From Dehalococcoidia bacterium (lineage in GTDB: Bacteria; Chloroflexota; Dehalococcoidia; Lucifugimonadales; UBA1123): a DNA stretch of 64,000 bases. Numbering within the stretch: position 1 is the first letter of the stretch; the number at the start of each line of letters is the position of its first letter. The notes beneath the pieces are model-generated. The model had not been told where the DNA came from, did no database searches, and worked only from the letters and a program-made list of their open reading frames with translations. The position numbers and the translations under genes are program-made. The stretch covers positions 234,977-298,976 of the forward strand of contig OZ252229.1 in assembly GCA_965249365.1 (NCBI GenBank). Reading direction: 5' to 3'. Positions 1 through 8,263 of the stretch are shown here, piece after piece.

Positions 1-1
1 G

Positions 2-1075
2 GAGACGGTCATCGCCTGGGCAAACGGCCAGCTCGCTGAGCAACAGAGAGTCCGGGGATTCACGGTCTGGCCCGACGAGGACTTTCCAAGAACGCACACG
101 CTCAAGGTCAAGAAGCCAGTTCTCATGGACGTCTTGTTGGGCAACACGACGGTCGAACCAAGCGCCGCCGCCGGTGCGTCAACCGCGGGCAGCACGGACG
201 GGGCGCGAGGCATCCTGGACATCATCGCGGAAGTTGCCGTGCTCGACGCCGCAGCAATTAAACCGGAGCTCACGCTCGGCGACGATCTGAATCTCGACTC
301 GCTGGGCAGGGTCGAGCTACTGTCGGCGGTTGAGGCCGATCTTGGCGTGTACCTGGATGAGAGCCAGGTCGGCCCCGAAACCACGGTCGAGCGGCTCACC
401 GCCATCCTGGAGGAGGGGGCGAACAACCCGCCGGTCACCAGCTTCCCGGCCTGGGGAAGGCGCTGGTGGTGTCGCATGGTCCGCGGATTCATACAGCGAG
501 CGCTGATGTTCCCGGTCCTCAGGGTCCCCTATGGACTCAAGATAACGGGACGCGAGAATCTCGGAAGCGTCGGCAGTCCGGTCATTTTCGCGTCAAATCA
601 CAGTCTGGGACTGGACAACCCGTTGATCATCCAGGCGATTCCACAGATATGGCGCCGCCGGTTGGCAATCGCGGGCGCAGCGAGGCTCTGGCGCAATCCG
701 GTTATGTGGGTGATGAACCCGCTCCTCGGCAACGGGTTTCCGCTAGCGCAGGAGGGCGCGATCAGGCCGAGCCTGGAGAACATGGGGAAGATCCTGGACG
801 ACGGCTGGTCGGTGTTGATCTATCCGGAGGGGGAGCTGACGATCGGCGGGCCAATAAAGTCATTTATGAACGGTACCGGCCTTGTCGCCGTCGAAGGTCG
901 GCTTCCGGTCGTGCCGCTCAGGCTCCACATCCACAACCTCGGCGCGCCGGCAAAGTTCCCAATCTTCAAACGCGGCTCTATCGAAGTCCGGTTCGGCGAA
1001 CCACTCACATTCTCGCCCGCGACCGACTACCAGGAAGCGACGAACGCGATCGAGGCAGCGGTGCGTTCCCTGTGA
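2..1075 (+). CDS. 5'-truncated fusion: tail of an AMP-dependent acyl ligase + phosphopantetheine carrier domain + PlsC-type acyltransferase (Aas-like)
   Basis: The frame of ORF 125..1075 stays open back to nt 2 and reads ...FPRTHTLKVKKPVL, a typical C-terminus of adenylate-forming ligases. Carrier motif LGDDLNLDSLGRVELL. Acyltransferase HX4D box NHSLGLD and YPEGE box. Confidence 0.75.
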   Translation, partial: ETVIAWANGQLAEQQRVRGFTVWPDEDFPRTHTLKVKKPVLMDVLLGNTTVEPSAAAGASTAGSTDGARGILDIIAEVAVLDAAAIKPELTLGDDLNLDSLGRVELLSAVEADLGVYLDESQVGPETTVERLTAILEEGANNPPVTSFPAWGRRWWCRMVRGFIQRALMFPVLRVPYGLKITGRENLGSVGSPVIFASNHSLGLDNPLIIQAIPQIWRRRLAIAGAARLWRNPVMWVMNPLLGNGFPLAQEGAIRPSLENMGKILDDGWSVLIYPEGELTIGGPIKSFMNGTGLVAVEGRLPVVPLRLHIHNLGAPAKFPIFKRGSIEVRFGEPLTFSPATDYQEATNAIEAAVRSL

Positions 1076-1092
1076 GAGGACATAGACACCTA

Positions 1093-1497
1093 CTACACCG
1101 CCACTGCAATCGGCACAAGATTGGACCCAAGCATGATGCGATCCCTGGTGAGCAACGGGACCCCGTGGACGATGCTGGTTGCGGCGATAAGCTCGTCAGC
1201 CGGATCGCCGCGAAAGTCTAGCCGCGTTGAAGCGCGGGCAACGGAGAGGTCAATAGGCCACACGTGCAGCCTGCTCAACGCCCGGGCAACTTCCCGATCG
1301 TCAAGATCCAGATCGATACGACGGAGTTGGACCAGCTTGGCCAGCTCCCAAAGCACGATCCCTGATACAGACCACCTCTGTTGCTCCAACAGGACCTGCT
1401 CGGCACTTCGGAGCTCGCCATTCAGCGCGAAGATCAGGACATTCGTATCAAGGTTTAGCATCTGCGTCCCATCGTACGCCGGTGGTGAAGATGTCAC
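1093..1497 (-). CDS. vapC: PIN-domain toxin VapC
   Basis: LDTNVLI...WEL...DPADELIAAT...LLTRD acidic PIN signature. The likely true start is ATG at 1461 (MLNLDTN), overlapping the upstream antitoxin stop by 14 nt. Confidence 0.85.
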   Translation of the reverse strand: MTSSPPAYDGTQMLNLDTNVLIFALNGELRSAEQVLLEQQRWSVSGIVLWELAKLVQLRRIDLDLDDREVARALSRLHVWPIDLSVARASTRLDFRGDPADELIAATSIVHGVPLLTRDRIMLGSNLVPIAVAV

Positions 1498-1672
1498 CTC
1501 TGATCTCGATCTTGTGCCGCAGGCTGCCTATCAAGTCGCCATCATTCTCGCTGTAAGGGATGACTCGCGCGACCGGCTTGCCATGCTTTGTGACGACAAG
1601 ACCCTCCGAATCCAGTTGGTCCAGCAGTGCCAGGCACTGTTCCTTGAACTTTGCTGCGCCTATAGTCTTCAT
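1448..1672 (-). CDS. Phd/YefM-type antitoxin partner of VapC
   Basis: 74 aa, MKTIGAAKFKEQCLALLDQL...VVTKHGKPVARVIP, typical of prevent-host-death family antitoxins. Overlaps the PIN gene. Confidence 0.8.
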   Translation of the reverse strand: MKTIGAAKFKEQCLALLDQLDSEGLVVTKHGKPVARVIPYSENDGDLIGSLRHKIEIRGDIFTTGVRWDADAKP

Positions 1673-1773
1673 GATGATCTTCTCCGTTTGTTATGGGCAT
1701 ATTATATGGCTAGTCACAAAGTACGTCCATAACTTCAGGCCGGTTCATCGTCCTCGAGGAAGCTTGAGGCACA

Positions 1774-3684
1774 CTAGCATGGCTCTGCGCCTGGCGCGGT
1801 TGGCCTGGCACGGAAGTCGGGGAGCGTTGCCGGGTCGAAGGGGTTATCGCCAGCCCTTAGTGATTCGATCCACGCGGTGCGGCTCGGCCCATAGTGGCTC
1901 CGGCAGGTGTCTTTCGGTGACGCGTCGACCCATGCGAGGAATGCTTCAAAGTCGGCGATCGCGGCGTCTGTTCGGCCGAGCAGCGCGTTCACGAGTCCGC
2001 GACTGTCCCTGCTAACGTCCTGAGTGTCCGACGCAACCGCCCGATCGCAGTAGGGCAGCGCGGCTTCAGGGTCGCCGAAGACAGCCAATTGCCAGCAGAG
2101 GGTGCTGTTGTACACAACGTCGCGCGGTCGGAGCTCTTGCGCCTTCCGCAGGTCGGCGAGGGACCTGTCCCAGTCACCAAGCCCCGAGCGGACCAGACCA
2201 CGATTGAAGTACGCCATTGACGAGTCAGGAGCGAGTTCGATCGCCCGGCTGAACTCCGCAATCGCCAGCTCGAGATCGCCAACAACTCCGCGCGCAAGAT
2301 AGGTGATGCCTCGGACCAAGTACGCCGACGATAGCTCCTCGTCGATCTCAAGAGCCATTTGGATGTCCTGGAATGCGAGGTCCAGATCGCCGGTCCCTCC
2401 GCGCGTGACGTAGACTCCCGCGCGATTGACGTACGCTCCGGCGTAGTCGGGCTGGGCCGACAGAGCCTCAGTCAGACTATCCAATGCACGGTCTACGTCT
2501 CCATCAGCTCCTCGCTCAAGGTAAGCAACAGCGAGGTTGAGGTTGGTCGCCGCGCGCTCGGGCCGTATCGTCATCGCCCTTGCTAGGTCGTCGACCGCGC
2601 GGTCCGCGTCCCCTGCCCTTCCCCGGTCCAGATATGCGAGCGCTCGGCTGTTGTAGGCCTCAACGGATCTGGGCCAGACGGCGAGCACCTGCGTAAACAG
2701 CCAGATCGCCTCGTCGAAGTCGGCGAGATCGCCGCCGAGGTAGGCCCGCCCGAGAAGGAAGCGCAGGTTCGCCATCGCCTCCGGCTGTGAAGGGGGCGGG
2801 TCCATCGCCCGAATCAACACCGTCTTTGCCCGATCAAACTCGTTCTGATCGAGGTAGATCTGCCCCAGTGTCAGGAGAGCGACGTGGCGGACCTCGTCGG
2901 TCAGCTCGATGTTGATCGTTGCAGGAAGCTCCGAGGGAGAGGATGCGATGTCGACGATCTCCTGGTCTCGTAAAGCGTTGGTGCTTCTCATCACCTTAAA
3001 CCGGGCCATCACCCGACCGCTGTCGTACTCACCCCAGATTACGAGCCTGGCGTTGGAACGGAGTCCCGCATCTTCGGCGGCCAACTCTCCCGTAATCTCT
3101 CGCGGCCATTCGACGGTACGTACCGCTGTGAGTCCAGCCTCTCGCACCTCACTGTCGATCGCTGGTCTGAGCCGACCGACCACGTTGAACCCCTGCCCGC
3201 CTGACGTGTAGTTGACGAAGGGCGCGAGCACGATTAACGTCTCACCCTCTAACGCTTTCGGATATACCGCGGCGTCGCGAAGACTCAGCGCCAGAATCGT
3301 GGACACAGCCGCAATGAGCAGACCGGATACCAGAATTCCGGCAACCAGAAGACGACGGTGGCGAGTCAGGAAGCGTGGTCCCGAGTCAGGGGAAGCTGCT
3401 GCCGGAGACTCGGTTACCGCTGCACGAGCCGGTGGATCCGATTGCGGTCCGACGACCTCCGGAGAGAAGCCGGCCGCCAGAAGGAACTCGTCGGTCTCTT
3501 CATCGGTAAGGCGCAGGAGCTCAGCACACCGGACGACATCCTCTCGGTAGCGCGGCCGAGTGGTCACGCCCTCCTTCCAACGGACGAGGGTCGGGCGGCT
3601 CACCGGGATGCGGCGCGCGAGCTCGGCGTCGCCGATTCCGGTCCGCTCCATGTAGGCCGTCAGTAGTTCGGCGAAAGAGTGCAA
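1774..3684 (-). CDS. membrane-anchored XRE-type HTH regulator with a large TPR repeat domain
   Basis: N-terminal HTH (FAELLTAYMERTGIGDAELARRIPVSRPTLVRWKEG), one hydrophobic span (LLVAGILVSGLLIAAVSTILAL), then many 34-aa TPR-like units (A..N.G..Y...G....A..DF..A). TTG start. Confidence 0.7.
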   Translation of the reverse strand: MHSFAELLTAYMERTGIGDAELARRIPVSRPTLVRWKEGVTTRPRYREDVVRCAELLRLTDEETDEFLLAAGFSPEVVGPQSDPPARAAVTESPAAASPDSGPRFLTRHRRLLVAGILVSGLLIAAVSTILALSLRDAAVYPKALEGETLIVLAPFVNYTSGGQGFNVVGRLRPAIDSEVREAGLTAVRTVEWPREITGELAAEDAGLRSNARLVIWGEYDSGRVMARFKVMRSTNALRDQEIVDIASSPSELPATINIELTDEVRHVALLTLGQIYLDQNEFDRAKTVLIRAMDPPPSQPEAMANLRFLLGRAYLGGDLADFDEAIWLFTQVLAVWPRSVEAYNSRALAYLDRGRAGDADRAVDDLARAMTIRPERAATNLNLAVAYLERGADGDVDRALDSLTEALSAQPDYAGAYVNRAGVYVTRGGTGDLDLAFQDIQMALEIDEELSSAYLVRGITYLARGVVGDLELAIAEFSRAIELAPDSSMAYFNRGLVRSGLGDWDRSLADLRKAQELRPRDVVYNSTLCWQLAVFGDPEAALPYCDRAVASDTQDVSRDSRGLVNALLGRTDAAIADFEAFLAWVDASPKDTCRSHYGPSRTAWIESLRAGDNPFDPATLPDFRARPTAPGAEPC

Positions 3685-3845
3685 TTGTTACATCTTTGAT
3701 ACGCTAAACACACTGAATGAGACACATTTGCAGTTCGGAGTGTACACCATCCCGTGGGATTCTGAGGGTGCCGTCGACAGGTGCGAGGCCTCACCAAGGG
3801 GACGACAGATCGGCGGCGACAGTCACCCACGAGGAGGTTGGAGAG

Positions 3846-5540
3846 ATGTTTAGCAAAGTTACGTTCATGATGTTGGTGGTCGTAGCTACCGTTGCGGTGG
3901 CGGTGATTGCCTGTGGGCAAGAACAGCCATCCCCTGGAGCAACGAATGAAGTCGTCAAGACTGTTGAGGTCCCGGGAGAGACCGTGGTCGTCGAAAAAGT
4001 GGTCGCCGTCGAAGAAGCAGTGACCAAGGAAGTCGTCAAGACTGTTGAGGTCCCGGGAGAGACTGTGATCGTCGAGAAAGTGGTGGCGGCAGCACCGGTA
4101 GGCGCTGAGCAGCCTGAAGGATTCAACACGATAGGCGGCTCCGCGACGGTGAACGACGCCCCGTACGACCTCACCTTCTTCAAGCACCACGGCGTCAACC
4201 CTTTCATCGACACAGAGGACGACAACCTTTCAACGTTCGCAACAGACGTGGACACAGCATCGTACACGGTTGCGCGGCGTTTTGTGATGGACGGCCACCT
4301 ACCGGACCCGGCCTCGGTAAGGGTTGAGGAGTTCGTCAACTTCTTCGATCAAGGGTACGAACCGCCGCAGGACAATGCATTCGAGATTCACGTCGAAGGC
4401 TCCCCGTCCCCGTTCGGGAACGACAACCACTGGCTCATGCGATTCGGTCTGCAGGGCAAGACGGTCTCCGAAGACGCACGCAAGGACGCGACGCTCGTCT
4501 TCGCGATCGACGTTTCGGGGTCGATGGGACGCGAGGACCGTCTCGGCCTTGTCAAGAGATCGCTCAAGCTGCTCGTCGACGAGCTCCGACCGACCGACGA
4601 AGTCGGCATTGTCATCTATGGCTCCCGTGGATCTGTCCTTCTAGGGCCGACAGACGGTGGGGAGGAGCGGTCGATACAGCGGGCGATCGACGCGCTGCAG
4701 CCCGGGGGTTCCACGTATGCCGAGGAAGGGCTGCGGATGGCGTATGAGATGGCGGCAAAGAGGATGAGACCAGGGCGCATTACGCGGGTCATCCTGCTAT
4801 CAGACGGCGTCGCGAACGTCGGCGACACCGGGCCGGACTCGATCCTCAGGCACATCCGGTCCCAGGTCGACGAGGGTGTAACGCTGACCACCGTCGGCTT
4901 CGGAATGGGCAACTACAACGACATCCTCATGGAGCAGCTCGCCAACGACGGCGACGGCACGTACCACTACGTCGACTCTCTGACCGAAGCGCGGCGAGTC
5001 TTCGTCGACAATCTTGTCGGGACGCTCCAGAACATCGCGAAGGACACCAAGGTCCAGGTCGACTTCAACCCGGAGGTGGTCAGGAGCTACCGGCTGCTCG
5101 GATACGAGAACCGGGACGTCGCCGACGAGGACTTCCGCGACGATACGGTCGACGCCGGCGAGGTCGGTGCGGGCCACAGCGTGACCGCGCTGTACGAGGT
5201 GAAGCTGCACGACGATGCGGATGGAACCCTGGCTACCGTGTACCTGCGGCACGAGGACCCCGACACCGGCGAGGTCACGGAGATAAACAAGAGGTTCGAG
5301 CGGAGCGATCTAGCGACCGAGTTCGTGCAGACATCGCCAACGTTCCAGCTTTCCGCTGTGGTGGCGGAGTACGCTGAGATCCTTCGGGAAAGCTACTGGG
5401 CTCGTGACGGGAGCCTTTCAGATGTCGCAGCCGAGGCGAATCGGCTGCTGAGGCTGATCCCCGAGGACCCCGACGTGTCCGAGTTCATCGCTCTGACCGC
5501 CCAGGCAGAACGTATAAAGTCGCAGGCCGCTCGGAGGTAG
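3846..5540 (+). CDS. VWA-domain lipoprotein (YfbK-like, VWA plus C-terminal DUF3520-like region)
   Basis: ATG at 3846 preceded by GAGGAGG. Signal and lipobox-like VAVIAC. MIDAS DVSGSM. N-terminal DTASYTVARRF...VRVEEFVNFF segment typical of YfbK-type VWA proteins. Confidence 0.8.
   Translation: MFSKVTFMMLVVVATVAVAVIACGQEQPSPGATNEVVKTVEVPGETVVVEKVVAVEEAVTKEVVKTVEVPGETVIVEKVVAAAPVGAEQPEGFNTIGGSATVNDAPYDLTFFKHHGVNPFIDTEDDNLSTFATDVDTASYTVARRFVMDGHLPDPASVRVEEFVNFFDQGYEPPQDNAFEIHVEGSPSPFGNDNHWLMRFGLQGKTVSEDARKDATLVFAIDVSGSMGREDRLGLVKRSLKLLVDELRPTDEVGIVIYGSRGSVLLGPTDGGEERSIQRAIDALQPGGSTYAEEGLRMAYEMAAKRMRPGRITRVILLSDGVANVGDTGPDSILRHIRSQVDEGVTLTTVGFGMGNYNDILMEQLANDGDGTYHYVDSLTEARRVFVDNLVGTLQNIAKDTKVQVDFNPEVVRSYRLLGYENRDVADEDFRDDTVDAGEVGAGHSVTALYEVKLHDDADGTLATVYLRHEDPDTGEVTEINKRFERSDLATEFVQTSPTFQLSAVVAEYAEILRESYWARDGSLSDVAAEANRLLRLIPEDPDVSEFIALTAQAERIKSQAARR
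3951..4085 (+). repeat. two 81-bp in-frame tandem units encoding VVKTVEVPGETV(V/I)VEKVV
   Basis: gtcgtcaagactgttgaggtcccgggagag recurs at 3951 and 4032. Homologous to the repeat at 63108-63455. Confidence 0.9.
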
Positions 5541-5576
5541 CCACAACAGCCCCTAAACCCGACTACCCAGGAAAAA

Positions 5577-5600
5577 GGGCCGGCCCGAACGGGCCGGCCC
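5577..5600. terminator. GC hairpin downstream of the VWA gene (GGGCCGGCCC gaac GGGCCGGCCC)
   Basis: Perfect 10-bp stem with a 4-nt loop, 37 nt after the stop. A-tract before it, weak T content after it. Confidence 0.45.
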
Positions 5601-5791
5601 CTGTTGGTTCAACACGACAGTTGGGCCTCCAGATCCACCGACTCGGCCTGCGCCGGTCCACGCCACTGACCACATCCGTCATGCCGGCGAAGCCCGGTTC
5701 TCCAGGGGAGAGGCGGCTGTTTTGCCACGCTTAGCTGCACCTGCCAGTTCCACGTTCCAATCGTCAGGTGGTGGATTCGAGTGGTCCTAAG

Positions 5792-5820
5792 TTGTGGCCC
5801 GACTCGTGTCTCGATATAAT
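5792..5820 (+). promoter_or_regulatory. sigma70-like promoter TTGTGG-17-TATAAT upstream of the DUF1761 gene
   Basis: The hexamers read directly at 5792-5797 and 5815-5820, 34 nt before the ATG. A small hairpin CCCCG..CGGGG follows. Confidence 0.4.
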
Positions 5821-5853
5821 CGTCCCCGCTGATTCATAAACGGGGGGACTGAC

Positions 5854-6273
5854 ATGGTGTTCGAACTGGGCGATATCAACTATCTTGCGGTCCTGGTGGC
5901 GATCATCGTGAACATGGGCTGCGGAGCACTGTGGTACTCTCCCCCGCTCTTTGCCAAGCCCTGGATGGCGTTGAACCAACTCACCGAGGAGACGATCCGA
6001 GAACAGGGAAGCGCGACCCGCGGCTACGTCGTGAGCATCATAGCCTCGATCGTCATTGCGTTCGCGATCGCGTGGGTGGCTGAAGCGGCCGGCGTGAACG
6101 ACCTGGCCGGAGGAATCGTACTGGGCCTGGTCGCGAGCCTCGGATTTGTCGCGACTACGTTCGCGTCATCCTACGTATTCGAGTCCAAGCCGCTTAAGCA
6201 CTACCTGATCAACGCGGGATATCCGGTCGTGTCTTTCACGCTAATGGGGCTGATAATCGGCGCCTGGCAGTAG
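5854..6273 (+). CDS. DUF1761-like small membrane protein
   Basis: INYLAVLVAIIVNMGCGALWYSPPLFAKPWM N-terminus and four hydrophobic spans. Family assignment is from memory. Confidence 0.6.
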   Translation: MVFELGDINYLAVLVAIIVNMGCGALWYSPPLFAKPWMALNQLTEETIREQGSATRGYVVSIIASIVIAFAIAWVAEAAGVNDLAGGIVLGLVASLGFVATTFASSYVFESKPLKHYLINAGYPVVSFTLMGLIIGAWQ

Positions 6274-6499
6274 GCCAGGGTTGCGCTCGGAAGAACGGAG
6301 TGCCGCCGCGGACGAAACTCCCGATACGGCGGCTGGATGGTTCGGGTGGTGGGCAGGGAGTTACAAAAGAATGTACGTTCGAGTTGGTGGTGAGATTGTA
6401 GGCGAGCTGTGTAGTTTCGAGTGGACAAGTTGATTCGGCTCCTGCGAAGGGACGATGACTGTCTAAGGGGAGCCCCACACCGAGCCTGTCTCATAAGTC

Positions 6500-6612
6500 G
6501 ACCTTGGTCGCCAAATCGTGGTTCGACAAGCTCACCACGAACGATTCTTAGCTTTGGAACCGTTCGCCTCCGCCCCTCCACGGCGGGCAGGCGCGGCGGA
6601 TCGAAGGGCGGG
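6500..6612. repeat. composite REP-like block: FDKL(R/T)TN-type hairpin (6521-6542) plus a 32-nt core repeat (6569-6600)
   Basis: gttcgacaagctcaccacgaac stem-loop. 6569-6600 is the exact reverse complement of 24869-24900. Confidence 0.8.
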
Positions 6613-6624
6613 CATTCAAGGATT

Positions 6625-7725
6625 CTAGAGATTGTGAGACACCCTCCACACGAGTCGGACCTTCAAGTGGTTTAACGCGCTCCATGGCATCAGCCCATGG
6701 TGCTGGAGTCTTCCGATGACGATTCCTGGTGCGATTCCCTGTCCGTCAGCGAAGTCGATTACCTCTGATTCCGTGAACTTGGCCGTTGAAACGAACTGCT
6801 CCCAATTCCGGCGTGGTATCAGGAAGTCGCTCGCCCATCTGTCTGCTTCCGCATCTTCGTCGGTAACGGCACTCTTCTTGGACCCATGGACGAAGATCTC
6901 CTTTTTGCTGTGGAGAAGGATATGGGCGGCTTCGTGGAATAGGCTAAACCACAGATGGTCGTCTGACATGTGACGTGCTGAGAGCTGGATAAACCCCTTT
7001 CGCGGCGTCAACCACCTCGCGGCGCCACTCAGGGCCGCCTTCGGCAGCGGTTTGATGACGGCCACGACGACGCCAGCCTCAGCGCACAACCGTGTGACAG
7101 TCTCGAGCGTCTCGTCCGATGGGTCCGCTGTCAGGCCGCGGATCTGTGTAAGGGCTCCCCTAAACGCCGGTTCGTCAAACTTCTTACAGCTCACTTTGTC
7201 CGCTTCGATCTCGCCGATTCTCAGCCATGTGGCGAGGGCCTGCTCGTTGCTGCTGAAGGTCGGTGAGTGACGATAGGCTACTGCGGTGCGCTGCCACTTG
7301 TCTGTCCATGCCTCCACAGAGGCCACTCCGAAGAACGACAGCACCCTAGCCAGCCTTTCGGAACGAGCCGGCCGCCCAGATATATACCCACGCTTGACTA
7401 GCTCATTTATGGGAAAGGACTTCGCCCACTCCGCATGTTCCGCGTCCCCGGCGGTCTGTGCTTCCCGTTCCAGGTGCAGTCGATAGTCGGACTCGATACC
7501 CAGCCAGATCCCGGCGTCGACTCCCAAGACTAGTTCGAATTGCAGCGCTGTTCTCGGCTCGACCGGGGCCTCTCCGGCGATGATCTCGCTGATCAACTTG
7601 GGGGAACGCCCACAGCGACGGGCGAATTCAGCGTGCGACATCTCGCGGGCTTCAAGTCGCTCTTCGAGCACCCACCCGGGGGGAACGCCATAATCGGGTT
7701 CATATGCGTATGTCTTAGTGGCCAT
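6625..7725 (-). CDS. HigA-like XRE antitoxin fused to an ImmA/IrrE (COG2856) HEXXH metallopeptidase domain
   Basis: ATG 7725 lies 13 nt after the upstream toxin stop. N-terminus PPGWVLEERLEAREMSHAEFARRCGRSPKLISEIIAGEAPVEPRTALQFELVLG..WL matches the HigA pattern. C-terminal half has FSLFHEAAHILLH. Confidence 0.8.
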   Translation of the reverse strand: MATKTYAYEPDYGVPPGWVLEERLEAREMSHAEFARRCGRSPKLISEIIAGEAPVEPRTALQFELVLGVDAGIWLGIESDYRLHLEREAQTAGDAEHAEWAKSFPINELVKRGYISGRPARSERLARVLSFFGVASVEAWTDKWQRTAVAYRHSPTFSSNEQALATWLRIGEIEADKVSCKKFDEPAFRGALTQIRGLTADPSDETLETVTRLCAEAGVVVAVIKPLPKAALSGAARWLTPRKGFIQLSARHMSDDHLWFSLFHEAAHILLHSKKEIFVHGSKKSAVTDEDAEADRWASDFLIPRRNWEQFVSTAKFTESEVIDFADGQGIAPGIVIGRLQHHGLMPWSALNHLKVRLVWRVSHNL

Positions 7726-7738
7726 GTTGTTGCCCCTG

Positions 7739-8074
7739 TTAGTGGTAGTCAACCACTCCCAGAATCGTGATCAACGATATCTGCTCCAGGTCCATTCCGC
7801 CGTCCTCTCGAAGCGGTACCGGGTCATGATTCGGTACGAAGATTAGTCGGTGAGGATGAACCAGGTCGACTGCGAACTGTCCACGCCTGTTGCCTGTCAG
7901 CGGGTGTCATCGGTCCGGTGGAGTTGTCGGCACCAAAGCCAAAGTCCGCGCATTCCTCAAGACTGCCTTTCGCATCTGGATTCTTCGAGCAGTCCGACCG
8001 CCATACCGCCTCCTCAGCTCTCTATCCGAATTGAATACTCTTGCCAGCCTTCTGTTCCTGAAAGTTATGTCCAC
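7739..8074 (-). pseudogene. HigB-like (COG3549 killer-protein) toxin interrupted by an in-frame TGA
   Basis: Reading from GTG 8074: VDITFRNRRLARVFNSDRELRRRYGGRTARRIQMRKAVLRNARTLALVPTTPPDR-TGA(7909-7907)-HPLTGNRRGQFAVDLVHPHRLIFVPNHDPVPLREDGGMDLEQISLITILGVVDYH-TAA. The HPL.G...G and terminal DYH are family hallmarks. Confidence 0.75.
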
Positions 8075-8263
8075 ACAGCGCGCCTCGGTATCGTTACCAC
8101 ATGCGTAATGATCATAGCGGTGCCCGGCGGTGGTATCAGAGTGTCCGAGTAGGGAACACAGGCAATCTCGGTTCCGAACTAGCTGACAGGGGGTCGTAGG
8201 CTGGGAGTTGTTGAAGCTCAAAGTCTCATTCCCTGCTGAGCCTTTTTCCTAACCTGGGATCTA

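Noticed and set aside
6325-6352. Possible attR-like direct repeat of the tRNA-Lys 3' end (cggctgg…ttcg)
   Set aside because: Only a 7-mer plus scattered matches align, which is not distinguishable from chance.
7907-7909. In-frame TGA in the HigB-like gene as selenocysteine or programmed read-through
   Set aside because: No SECIS-like hairpin follows it. The family has Leu, not Cys or Sec, at this position. TGA terminates other genes here (the sigma factor, rplN, truA). A simple nonsense mutation or a read error is more economical.
7850-8221. ORFs 7850..8152 (+), 7890..8108 (+) and the 50-codon N-terminal extension of 7907..8221 (-)
   Set aside because: They overlap the HigB-like reading frame. 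HigB homology begins only near GTG 8074, and the plus-strand products have no motifs.
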